From an uncultured Flavobacteriaceae bacterium (GTDB taxonomy: Bacteria > Bacteroidota > Bacteroidia > Flavobacteriales > Flavobacteriaceae), in the NCBI GenBank assembly GCA_905479415.1, contig CAJQMK010000002.1, positions 18,727 through 82,726 on the forward strand: 64,000 nucleotides of DNA, given 5' to 3'. This document shows, piece by piece, positions 28,869-37,864 of this stretch. The notes under the pieces were generated by a model. The model worked only from the letters and a program-made list of their open reading frames with translations, had not been told where the DNA came from and made no database searches. How positions within the stretch are numbered: position 1 is the first letter of the stretch; each line of letters starts with the position of its first letter. The position numbers and the translations under genes are program-made.

Positions 28869-29648
28869 TTATATATCAATTTCACCTGAAAATACCATTT
28901 CAACTCCTCCAGATAATTTAATATCAAAATATCGTTCTTCGATAGTATCAAATTTAACGGATAATTCTCCTCCTTTTGTTTTTATTACAACTTCTTTAGA
29001 ATTTGTTTTTCCTAATTTAAACATAGCTAAAGCTACCGCTGTAACACCTGTTCCACAGGAAAGCGTCTCATCCTCTACTCCTCTTTCATATGTTCTTACT
29101 GAAAATTCATTTTCTGAGATTTGTTCTACAAAATTCACATTAACTCCATTTTTTTTAAATAAAGAATTGTTTCTTATTTTCTTGCCATTTTCAAATACTT
29201 TATAATCATTGAGACATTGAACAATTTTTACATAATGAGGAGATCCAGTATCTAACAAAAGATCATCTCCTATACTTTTAATATTTCTAACTGGCTTCAT
29301 AGACAAAGTAATTATATTATCTAAAATTGAAGCATCGTGTAATCCATCATAGGCAGTAAAAACTGTATTATCATTAATAATTTTAAGATTTTGAACAAAT
29401 TTTACAGAACAACGAGCACCATTTCCACACATCGATCCTAAATTTCCATCAGAATTATAATAATTCATTGTAAAGTCAGAAGATTTTGAAGGTTCTATTA
29501 AAATTAATCCATCGCATCCGATTCCATATTTTCGATCACAAAGTCTTTTAATCAAAGAATAGTTTTCAGATGGAAAAGATAAATCAGTGTTGTCAATAAT
29601 TATAAAATCATTTCCTGTTCCTTGATATTTTTGAAATTTAATCTTCAT
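28869..29648 (-). CDS. dapF: diaminopimelate epimerase
   Basis: 259 aa. GTGNDFIIID and the two catalytic Cys motifs SMCGNGARC and LSCGTG. Confidence 0.95.
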   Translation of the reverse strand: MKIKFQKYQGTGNDFIIIDNTDLSFPSENYSLIKRLCDRKYGIGCDGLILIEPSKSSDFTMNYYNSDGNLGSMCGNGARCSVKFVQNLKIINDNTVFTAYDGLHDASILDNIITLSMKPVRNIKSIGDDLLLDTGSPHYVKIVQCLNDYKVFENGKKIRNNSLFKKNGVNVNFVEQISENEFSVRTYERGVEDETLSCGTGVTAVALAMFKLGKTNSKEVVIKTKGGELSVKFDTIEERYFDIKLSGGVEMVFSGEIDI

Positions 29649-29751
29649 TTTTTATAATATAACGAATATATAAAAAGAAAAAGTTGTTAAAAAGTAGTTA
29701 AAATATATTTTTCTAAAATTTAAAAATATAATTTTGAATTAAAATTTTATT

Positions 29752-31131
29752 ATGAAAAAATTACTTTATACTTTTTTAGTTTCATTATTTGGAGGATTTT
29801 TAGCATTATTCATGCATAATTTTTATTATGACCATTCAAATAATATTATCACAGAGGAAAAAGATAATATGGTTAATATTTCATTTAATCCGTTATCTAA
29901 CAGTAATTTAAGTGTTGAAAATGATTTTGTTTCTGCTGCAGAAAAAACTATTCACTCTGTTGTTCACGTAAAAAACACTAGTATTAGTGGGGGGAATTCT
30001 TCACTTTGGGATTATTTCAATAATTCTGGAGGAAAAACAAGAGTTGGAATGGGATCTGGAGTTATAATTTCAGAAGATGGATATATAATCACAAATAATC
30101 ACGTGATTGAAAATGCTAGTACAATTGAGATTACCACAAATAATAACAAGACATATAATGCTGAACTTTTAGGAAGTGATGAAGTTTCAGATATTGCTGT
30201 TCTAAAAATTGTCGGAGACGAATCATTTCCTTATATCAGATTTGCAGATTCTGACCAAACTAAAATTGGAGAATGGGTGTTAGCTGTAGGAAATCCATTC
30301 AATTTAACTTCTACAGTAACAGCAGGAATAATTAGTGCAAAATCAAGAGATTTAAACGATTTTGATTCAAAAAATCAATCATTTATTCAAACTGATGCTG
30401 CAGTTAATTCAGGAAATAGTGGAGGCGCTTTAGTTAATACTAACGGAGATTTAATTGGAATTAATACTGCCATCACAAGTGGAACTGGTGGATTTGTTGG
30501 TTACTCGTTCGCTGTTCCAAGTAATGTAGCTAGAAAAATTTTTGAGGATATAATTGAATTTGGAAACGTGCAAAAAGGATTACTTGGAGTAACAGGATTT
30601 GGGCTAAACTCTAAATCTGCAAATGAACTTAACATAGATCTAACTGAGGGGTTTTTTGTAAATGATACTGAAGCAGAAATGGGAGCAGAAAGAGCTGGAA
30701 TTATAAAAGGGGATGTAATAATCAGCCTTGATAATATTAAAATCGAAAAATTTTCTGATTTATCAGGATACTTAAGTACAAAAAGACCTGGTGATAAAAT
30801 TTCAGTTGGTATAATCAGAGATAATAAGAATATTAAATTAAGAGTGACTTTAGAAAAAAATAATAATGTAAGTTTTTTAGGAATGCAATTAAAAAATATG
30901 ACTAAAACTGAATTAGAGTCTTATAAAATAACGCACGGATTAAAGATATCAAATTTAAGAAATAGTTCTCTTTTTAGAATGGGAGTAAAACCAGGATATG
31001 CTTTAACAGAAATTAATAACAATGAAATAAAAAAAACTGAAGATCTATCTAATTATAATTCAAATACAAAAATTAACCAAATGATATTTGTGAGTCCAAA
31101 TGGGGAAAAAGAAAGACTTATTTTTGAGTAA
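29752..31131 (+). CDS. periplasmic serine endoprotease, HtrA/DegQ family with PDZ domains
   Basis: 459 aa. Catalytic triad contexts ITNNHVI, SDIAVLKI, GNSGGALV. PDZ-like C-terminal half. Confidence 0.92.
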   Translation: MKKLLYTFLVSLFGGFLALFMHNFYYDHSNNIITEEKDNMVNISFNPLSNSNLSVENDFVSAAEKTIHSVVHVKNTSISGGNSSLWDYFNNSGGKTRVGMGSGVIISEDGYIITNNHVIENASTIEITTNNNKTYNAELLGSDEVSDIAVLKIVGDESFPYIRFADSDQTKIGEWVLAVGNPFNLTSTVTAGIISAKSRDLNDFDSKNQSFIQTDAAVNSGNSGGALVNTNGDLIGINTAITSGTGGFVGYSFAVPSNVARKIFEDIIEFGNVQKGLLGVTGFGLNSKSANELNIDLTEGFFVNDTEAEMGAERAGIIKGDVIISLDNIKIEKFSDLSGYLSTKRPGDKISVGIIRDNKNIKLRVTLEKNNNVSFLGMQLKNMTKTELESYKITHGLKISNLRNSSLFRMGVKPGYALTEINNNEIKKTEDLSNYNSNTKINQMIFVSPNGEKERLIFE

Positions 31132-31805
31132 TGAGAATTGATATAATAAGTGTTTTACCTAAATTAATTGAAAGTCCTTTCAACGCTTCAATACTCAAAC
31201 GAGCAATTGACAAAAAACTAATTGAAGTTAATTTTCATGATTTAAAAGATTATGCTTCTAGCAAAAGAAGACAAGTAGATGATTATCAGTTTGGAGGAGG
31301 ATCAGGTATGGTAATGATGATTGAACCCATAAAAAAATGTATAGATTCACTAAAAAAAGAAAGAAAATATGAAGAAGTTATTTACATGACACCAGATGGT
31401 GAAATGTTAAATCAAAAAATTTCTAATAAACTTTCATTAAAAGGAAATATAATTATTTTATGTGGACATTATAAAGGCGTAGATCAAAGAGTTAGAGATA
31501 GTTTAATAACCATGGAAATATCAATTGGAGACTACGTGCTTTCTGGTGGAGAGCTGCCTGCTGCAGTACTTTGCGATTCAATAATTAGATTAATTCCAGG
31601 CGTATTAGGAAACGAAACATCTGCACTAACCGATTCTTTTCAAGATGATTTATTGGCTCCACCAGTCTATACAAGACCTTCCTCATTTGAGAACTTAGAT
31701 GTTCCTGAAATTCTTCTTTCTGGAGATAAATTAAAAATTGAACTTTGGAGAGAGGAAAAAGCTTTAGAAAGGACTAAAAATTTAAGACCAGACATTTTTG
31801 ACTGA
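31131..31805 (+). CDS. trmD: tRNA (guanine37-N1)-methyltransferase
   Basis: 224 aa. MRIDIISVLP, CGHYKGVDQRV and SIGDYVLSGGELPA are TrmD knot motifs. There is a TAATG junction with the htrA-like gene. Confidence 0.95.
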   Translation: MRIDIISVLPKLIESPFNASILKRAIDKKLIEVNFHDLKDYASSKRRQVDDYQFGGGSGMVMMIEPIKKCIDSLKKERKYEEVIYMTPDGEMLNQKISNKLSLKGNIIILCGHYKGVDQRVRDSLITMEISIGDYVLSGGELPAAVLCDSIIRLIPGVLGNETSALTDSFQDDLLAPPVYTRPSSFENLDVPEILLSGDKLKIELWREEKALERTKNLRPDIFD

Positions 31806-31911
31806 AATCTTTCTATAAATTAAAAAAAAAATGTAATTTCGCATTCGATTTTATTATAACCACTGACGATAATCGTGGATGTTGTAATAAATTAATTTAA
31901 AATCTTACACA

Positions 31912-32262
31912 ATGGAATCTTTAATAAAATTCGTACAAGATGAATTTGTAACGAAAAAAGAAATCCCAACATTCAAATCTGGAGACACAATAACCGTTTA
32001 TTATGAAATTAGAGAAGGTGAAAAAGTCCGTACTCAGTTTTTTAAAGGTGTTGTAATTCAAATCAAAGGAACTGGACTTACCAAAACTTTTACTATCAGA
32101 AAAATGTCTGGTACTATTGGTATCGAAAGAATTTTTCCTTTTAATCTTCCAGCTATTCAAAAAATAGAAATTAATAAAAAAGGAAGAGTAAGAAGATCTA
32201 GAATTTATTATTTTCGAGAATTAAGAGGTAAAAAAGCTAGAATAAAAGAAATTAAGAGGTAA
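31912..32262 (+). CDS. rplS: 50S ribosomal protein L19
   Basis: 116 aa. FKSGDTITVYYEIREGEKVRTQFFKGVVI..RK is the classic L19 sequence. Confidence 0.97.
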   Translation: MESLIKFVQDEFVTKKEIPTFKSGDTITVYYEIREGEKVRTQFFKGVVIQIKGTGLTKTFTIRKMSGTIGIERIFPFNLPAIQKIEINKKGRVRRSRIYYFRELRGKKARIKEIKR

Positions 32263-32283
32263 TTTAATACTCATACAAACTTG

Positions 32284-33510
32284 ATGAAAAAAATTATAGT
32301 TAATAATCCAGTTGTTGAATTAGATGGAGATGAAATGACTAGAATTATTTGGGATTTTATTAAAACCAAATTAATACTACCCTACTTAGACCTAGATATT
32401 AAATATTATGATTTAAGTGTTAAACACAGAGATTTTACTGATGATCAAGTTACAATTGATTCAGCTGAAGCTATAAAAAAATATAATGTTGGTATTAAGT
32501 GTGCAACTATTACTCCAGATGAAGATAGAGTTGTTGAATACACATTAAAAAAAATGTGGAGATCTCCAAATGGAACAATAAGAAATATCGTTGGAGGAAC
32601 GGTTTTTAGAGAACCTATAATTATGAAAAATGTTCCAAGGTATGTTCAAGGATGGACGAAACCGATTTGTATCGGCAGACATGCATTTGGTGATCAATAT
32701 AAAGCCACTGACATAGTTACTCATGGAAAAGGAAAATTAACTATGACTTTCACACCTGAAAACGGAGATAAACCTAAAACTTGGGAAGTGTATAATTTTC
32801 AAGAAAATGGAGTTGCCATGAGCATGTATAATATTGATTCTTCGATTTATGGATTTGCGAGATCTTGCATGAATCAAGCTTTAACCAAAAAATGGCCTTT
32901 ATATTTATCTACAAAAAACACTATTTTAAAAGCTTATGACGGACGTTTTAAGGACGTCTTTCACGAAGTTTTTACAAATGAGTTTAAAGAAAAATTTGAA
33001 GCAGCAGGCATAACATACGAACATAGATTAATCGATGATATGGTTGCAGCCGCAATGAAATGGAATGGCGGATTTGTATGGGCTTGTAAAAACTATGACG
33101 GTGATGTTCAATCTGACACAGTTGCTCAAGGTTTTGGCTCATTAGGTTTAATGACTTCGACTTTAGTCACACCTGATGGAAAAACAATGGAAGCAGAAGC
33201 TGCACATGGAACTGTAACTAGACATTATAGAGAACATCAAAAAGGTAATGAAACTTCTACCAATCCGATAGCTTCTATATTTGCTTGGACTAGAGGTCTA
33301 GCTCACAGGGGGAAACTTGACAACAATAATGAACTAATAGACTTTTGTAAAACATTAGAAACTGTTTGTATAGAAACAGTTGAAAACGGTCAAATGACAA
33401 AAGATTTAGCGCTGCTAATTCATGGAAAAAGTTTAAACAGATCTCATTATTTAAACACACAAGAGTTTTTAGATGCCATTAAAAAAGGTTTAGACTCAAG
33501 CTTTAATTAG
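32284..33510 (+). CDS. icd: NADP-dependent isocitrate dehydrogenase (homodimeric, eukaryote-like subfamily II)
   Basis: [18 protein letters not shown]...[13 protein letters not shown] is nearly collinear with IDH1-type enzymes. ATG at 32284 (the track begins at a TTG one codon earlier). Confidence 0.95.
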   Translation: MKKIIVNNPVVELDGDEMTRIIWDFIKTKLILPYLDLDIKYYDLSVKHRDFTDDQVTIDSAEAIKKYNVGIKCATITPDEDRVVEYTLKKMWRSPNGTIRNIVGGTVFREPIIMKNVPRYVQGWTKPICIGRHAFGDQYKATDIVTHGKGKLTMTFTPENGDKPKTWEVYNFQENGVAMSMYNIDSSIYGFARSCMNQALTKKWPLYLSTKNTILKAYDGRFKDVFHEVFTNEFKEKFEAAGITYEHRLIDDMVAAAMKWNGGFVWACKNYDGDVQSDTVAQGFGSLGLMTSTLVTPDGKTMEAEAAHGTVTRHYREHQKGNETSTNPIASIFAWTRGLAHRGKLDNNNELIDFCKTLETVCIETVENGQMTKDLALLIHGKSLNRSHYLNTQEFLDAIKKGLDSSFN

Positions 33511-33578
33511 TAAATATACTGGCATATTATTTGTTATTAATTAATTAAAAATTATTCAAATAATTTTAAAATTTATTA

Positions 33579-35930
33579 ATGTTCAAAAAGTTTTTATATT
33601 TATTTCTTATCCTCTTCACCAATTTTATTTATTCTCAAAATAATTTTACTTTTAGTGGATATGTTATGTCCTCTGAAAGTAATGAACTTATAATTGGAGC
33701 AAATATCGTTTTTCCAGAAATTAATTCTGGGGCTATCACAAACAGTTACGGTTTTTTTTCAATTACGATTCCAGAGGGTGTCTACAAAGTAGAAATTAGT
33801 TCGATTGGATTTAAGAATATTTCAAAAAAGATTTTCCTTCAAAAAGATTTAAAAGTAAATTATTATTTAGAAGAAAATATTGAAAATTTAAATGAAGTAG
33901 TTGTCACTAAAAATGTTGAAGAAATAGATATAAAAAAACCTATAATGAGTTTAAATATCTTATCTAATAAAACAATAAAACAAACTCCTGTATTATTTGG
34001 AGAATCAGATTTGTTAAAAACAATTCAACTTTTGCCTGGAGTTTCAAATTCTGGTGAGGGAACTGGGGGGTTTAATGTTCGTGGTGGTGCTGGCGATCAA
34101 AATTTAATATTATTTGATGAAGCTATTATTTATAACTCCTCACACCTATTTGGGCTGTTTTCGGTATTTAATTCAGATGCAATTAAAGAATTAAAACTTT
34201 ATAAGGGTGGGATTCCTGCATCATATGGCGGAAGATTATCCTCAGTGTTAGATGTATATCAGAAAGATGGAAACAGTAAGTCAAACAAATTTAGTGGTGG
34301 AATCGGACTAATTTCAAGTAGATTACTTTTTGAAGGTCCAATACAAAAAAACAAAAGTTCATTTTTAATTGCAGGTAGAGGATCTTATGCACATTTATTT
34401 CTAAAATTAACTGATATTGAAAATGTAGCATATTTTTATGATTTAAATACAAAATCTAACTTCAAAATAGACGATAAGAACACGCTTTACTTTTCAGGAT
34501 ATTTTGGAAGAGATTTATTTAGATTAAATAATACTTTTTCGAATACTTATGGGAATTCCACAATTAACTTAAGATGGAATCATTTGTTGAGTGACAAAAC
34601 ATTCACAAATACTTCAGTTATATATAGTGATTATTATTATGGCCTAACTCTTGATTTCATAGGATTTAATTGGAATTCAGGAATTAAAAATTTAAATATA
34701 AAGTTCGATTTAAAAAATTATTATTCTGAAAAAATTCAATTTAATTATGGACTTAATTCTATATATTATGAATTTAATCCAGGCGAGATAAAACCGATTA
34801 ACGGTTCAGGAATTAATTATAAAAATTTAAATAAAAAGTATGCATTGGAAAATTCTGCATACTTTGATGTTATTCATAATATATCTAAAAGATTTGCGTT
34901 AAGATATGGCTTAAGATTTAATCAGTTTCTAAGATTCAAACAAAATGGTCTTAATAGTTATTTAAATGATAATCCTGTTGAATATGATTCTAATCTAGGT
35001 ATATATAAAGGCGCTGAAGCTATAGGAGAATTTAACATAAATAAAAATACTTTAAAAGCATATGGAAATATAGAACCTAGATTAAATGTAGCCTACAACT
35101 TCGATAATAAATCAATAAAAGCTAGCTATAATAGATTAAATCAGTACATCCATTTAATTTCAAATACAAGTGCACCAGCTCCATTGGATGTATGGACACC
35201 TAGCGGTCCTTATTTAAAACCCCAAAAACTAGATCAATGGGCATTAGGATTTCAATCAAAAATTAAAAATAAATTTAACTTAGAAACTGAATTATTTTAT
35301 AAAAAAATTAAAAACAGACTTGATTATATTGATGGCGCAGATTTAGTAGCAAATGAAGCAGTAGAACGTGTTTTATTATCAGGAAAATCAAGAGCATATG
35401 GATGGGAATTTTTATTTAAAAAAAGCCAAGGTAAACACACTTATTGGTTTGCTTATACTCTTTCAAAATCTGAACAAAAAACTGAAGGAAGAACAAGTTT
35501 TGAAAAAGGAATAAATGATGGTGAATGGTATTACACTCCGTATGATAAAACTCACGACATTAGTTTTGTTTCAAATTATAAAATTTCAAATAAATTTACA
35601 CTAAATACTAATTTCATTTTTCAAACTGGTCAACCCACTAATTACCCAGTTGGTCAGTACACTTATATGGATTTAAACATCCCAAATTATGGACCTAGAA
35701 ATTCTAAAAGATTACCAAATTATCATAGATTAGATGTTTCAGTAACATTAAATTCTCAAAAAATAAAAAAATACAAAAGTGAATGGGTGTTTGGTTTTTA
35801 TAACATTTACAACAGAGATAATGCAAATTCGATTTTTTTTAGAGAGAATAGTGAAACTTTAAAAAATGAGGCGGTTCAACTATCTATTTTTGGTATTGTA
35901 CCAAGCATAACCTACAACTTTAAATTTTGA
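33579..35930 (+). CDS. TonB-dependent outer-membrane receptor with N-terminal CarboxypepD_reg-like domain
   Basis: 783 aa. Signal peptide, then FSGYVMS..ELIIGANIVF (carboxypeptidase-regulatory-like fold), a plug region and a beta-barrel ending in an aromatic residue (..YNFKF). Confidence 0.85.
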   Translation: MFKKFLYLFLILFTNFIYSQNNFTFSGYVMSSESNELIIGANIVFPEINSGAITNSYGFFSITIPEGVYKVEISSIGFKNISKKIFLQKDLKVNYYLEENIENLNEVVVTKNVEEIDIKKPIMSLNILSNKTIKQTPVLFGESDLLKTIQLLPGVSNSGEGTGGFNVRGGAGDQNLILFDEAIIYNSSHLFGLFSVFNSDAIKELKLYKGGIPASYGGRLSSVLDVYQKDGNSKSNKFSGGIGLISSRLLFEGPIQKNKSSFLIAGRGSYAHLFLKLTDIENVAYFYDLNTKSNFKIDDKNTLYFSGYFGRDLFRLNNTFSNTYGNSTINLRWNHLLSDKTFTNTSVIYSDYYYGLTLDFIGFNWNSGIKNLNIKFDLKNYYSEKIQFNYGLNSIYYEFNPGEIKPINGSGINYKNLNKKYALENSAYFDVIHNISKRFALRYGLRFNQFLRFKQNGLNSYLNDNPVEYDSNLGIYKGAEAIGEFNINKNTLKAYGNIEPRLNVAYNFDNKSIKASYNRLNQYIHLISNTSAPAPLDVWTPSGPYLKPQKLDQWALGFQSKIKNKFNLETELFYKKIKNRLDYIDGADLVANEAVERVLLSGKSRAYGWEFLFKKSQGKHTYWFAYTLSKSEQKTEGRTSFEKGINDGEWYYTPYDKTHDISFVSNYKISNKFTLNTNFIFQTGQPTNYPVGQYTYMDLNIPNYGPRNSKRLPNYHRLDVSVTLNSQKIKKYKSEWVFGFYNIYNRDNANSIFFRENSETLKNEAVQLSIFGIVPSITYNFKF

Positions 35931-36769
35931 TGAAAAAACTCATATTAATAACTTTAATAGCATTCACATCAAGTTGTGAAAAAGTAATAGAAATAGAAAC
36001 AGATTTTGAGGATAAAAGACTTGTAATAGACGCTAGTATATCAAAACATAAAGATAGTATCAACGGAATAGCTGTTGTCAAGCTAAGTGAAACAATACCT
36101 TATTTTTCTGACAAATCTAATACTGTAGAAAATGCACTAGTTTCTATTAAGGTAAATGAAGAAAATTTTAATTTAAATTTTGACAATGTAAAATCATATT
36201 ATTGGTCCAAATTAAATAATATTGAAAATGAAGATTATCTTTTATCCATAAAGCGTGACGACAATATTTATATTTCAACTGAAAAATTAATTCAAACACC
36301 AAAAATTAACTCTGTTAAATTTGGAGAAAGAAAGTCATTAAATGAAGATGAAGTTGAATTACTTGTAACTTTTAATGATCCACCTGAATTAGGCAATTAT
36401 TATTTATGGAAATTTGGTCCTAAAAAAAATGGAAAATTTGATTATTTACCTGCTCTTGATAAGTACATAAACGGAAATGAATTTACTTTTTCATTTTTTA
36501 TTGATAAAACTGAATATTTAAAAGATGTGGATTATATCAACATTGAAATAAATGGAATAAGTGAAGACTATTATAATTATCTTAACATACTTACCTCTCA
36601 AGCTGGAGCACAAAGCGGAAGGCCATTTTCTACGGCAAACGCAGTTATCAAGGGTAATATTATAAATCAATCAAATCCTGAAAATTTTCCACTGGGATAT
36701 TATATAGTTTCTGAATTTGATTACTTTAGATTATCAAAAGAAGATGCTCCTGCTGATTTTTTTGATTAA
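35930..36769 (+). CDS. DUF4249-like lipoprotein (usual partner of this receptor class)
   Basis: 279 aa. Lipobox FTSSC. Its start is adjacent to and overlaps the receptor stop. I recall the receptor plus DUF4249 pairing as common in Bacteroidota. Confidence 0.62.
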   Translation: MKKLILITLIAFTSSCEKVIEIETDFEDKRLVIDASISKHKDSINGIAVVKLSETIPYFSDKSNTVENALVSIKVNEENFNLNFDNVKSYYWSKLNNIENEDYLLSIKRDDNIYISTEKLIQTPKINSVKFGERKSLNEDEVELLVTFNDPPELGNYYLWKFGPKKNGKFDYLPALDKYINGNEFTFSFFIDKTEYLKDVDYINIEINGISEDYYNYLNILTSQAGAQSGRPFSTANAVIKGNIINQSNPENFPLGYYIVSEFDYFRLSKEDAPADFFD

Positions 36770-36779
36770 AAAATAATTT

Positions 36780-37592
36780 ATGAGTTTTGAAAGAATAACA
36801 GAATCAAATTCAAATTATGATGATTTAGAGTTAAAATCTTCTTTAGAACTGTTGAAAATAATTAATAATGAAGACCAATCCGTAGCTTTTAGTATTAAAA
36901 AAGAATTACACACGATAAATAAATTAATTTTAAAAGTAATTAAGCAAATAAATAAAGGAGGAAGGCTTTTTTACATAGGATCGGGAACAAGCGGAAGATT
37001 AGGTGTAGTTGATGCGTCTGAGTGTCCTCCAACCTTTGGGGTTGATAACACTCTTGTTAATGGAATCATAGCAGGTGGTGATAAAGCTATAAGAAAAAGT
37101 ATTGAAAATGCTGAAGATGAGCCAATGAAAGGCTGGGAAGACTTATTAGAACACAACATAAACAAAAATGATTTTGTAATTGGAATTGCTGCATCAGGAA
37201 CTACACCTTATGTAATCGGTGCTATAAGTAATTGCTTTAAAAATAACATACCTTCAGGCTGTATTACATGCAATCCAGGCAGTCCATTATCTTTAGCTTG
37301 TGAATACCCAATTGGAATAAATGTTGGGCCCGAAGTAGTTACTGGAAGTTCAAGAATGAAAGCTGGGACAGCTCAAAAAATGGTATTAAATATGATTTCA
37401 ACAATATCAATGATTAAGATTGGTAAAATAAAGGGAAATAAAATGGTAGACATGCAGCTTTCAAATGAAAAATTAGTAAACAGAGGAAAAAATATTATTA
37501 TGAATACGCTAGGCGTAAATGAGAAAAAGGCAAATGAGCTTTTAAATGTTCATAAAAGTGTTAGAAAAGCAATTAATAGTCATTCAAAATGA
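36780..37592 (+). CDS. murQ: N-acetylmuramic acid 6-phosphate etherase
   Basis: 270 aa. SIS domain with GSGTSGRLG, ECPPTFG, GIAASGTTPYV and catalytic-region TGSSRMKAGTAQK. Confidence 0.92.
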   Translation: MSFERITESNSNYDDLELKSSLELLKIINNEDQSVAFSIKKELHTINKLILKVIKQINKGGRLFYIGSGTSGRLGVVDASECPPTFGVDNTLVNGIIAGGDKAIRKSIENAEDEPMKGWEDLLEHNINKNDFVIGIAASGTTPYVIGAISNCFKNNIPSGCITCNPGSPLSLACEYPIGINVGPEVVTGSSRMKAGTAQKMVLNMISTISMIKIGKIKGNKMVDMQLSNEKLVNRGKNIIMNTLGVNEKKANELLNVHKSVRKAINSHSK

Positions 37593-37813
37593 AAGAAAAT
37601 CTATTCGGCAAAGGTTTTAAACAAATAATACTTTCCTTCTTTTTTATGTTCTTAGGCCCTACCCTCATGTTTCAGTCCCTTAAAAACCAAGAACATCCTT
37701 GGTTTTCAATTGTTTTTACCATTAGTTTAATTATTTGCTTCACTGCAATTTATTATGGTTTTAAAGGATTGAAAAGTATAATGAAAGCTATTTTTAAAAA
37801 AAAAGACAGTTAA
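37589..37813 (+). CDS. small two-TM membrane protein, unknown function
   Basis: 74 aa with two hydrophobic helices. A 4-nt ATGA overlap with the murQ stop suggests translational coupling. Confidence 0.5.
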   Translation: MKENLFGKGFKQIILSFFFMFLGPTLMFQSLKNQEHPWFSIVFTISLIICFTAIYYGFKGLKSIMKAIFKKKDS

Positions 37814-37844
37814 GTTGTTAAGTATTTCAATGATATTATCTTTG
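37814..37844 (+). promoter_or_regulatory. putative Bacteroidota-type promoter for thrS operon
   Basis: The -7 box TATCTTTG (37837-37844) matches TAnnTTTG. GTTG at 37814-37817 lies 19 nt upstream as a -33-like element. The thrS ATG is at 37865. Confidence 0.35.
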
Positions 37845-37864
37845 CATTAATATTTTTTTTTAAA

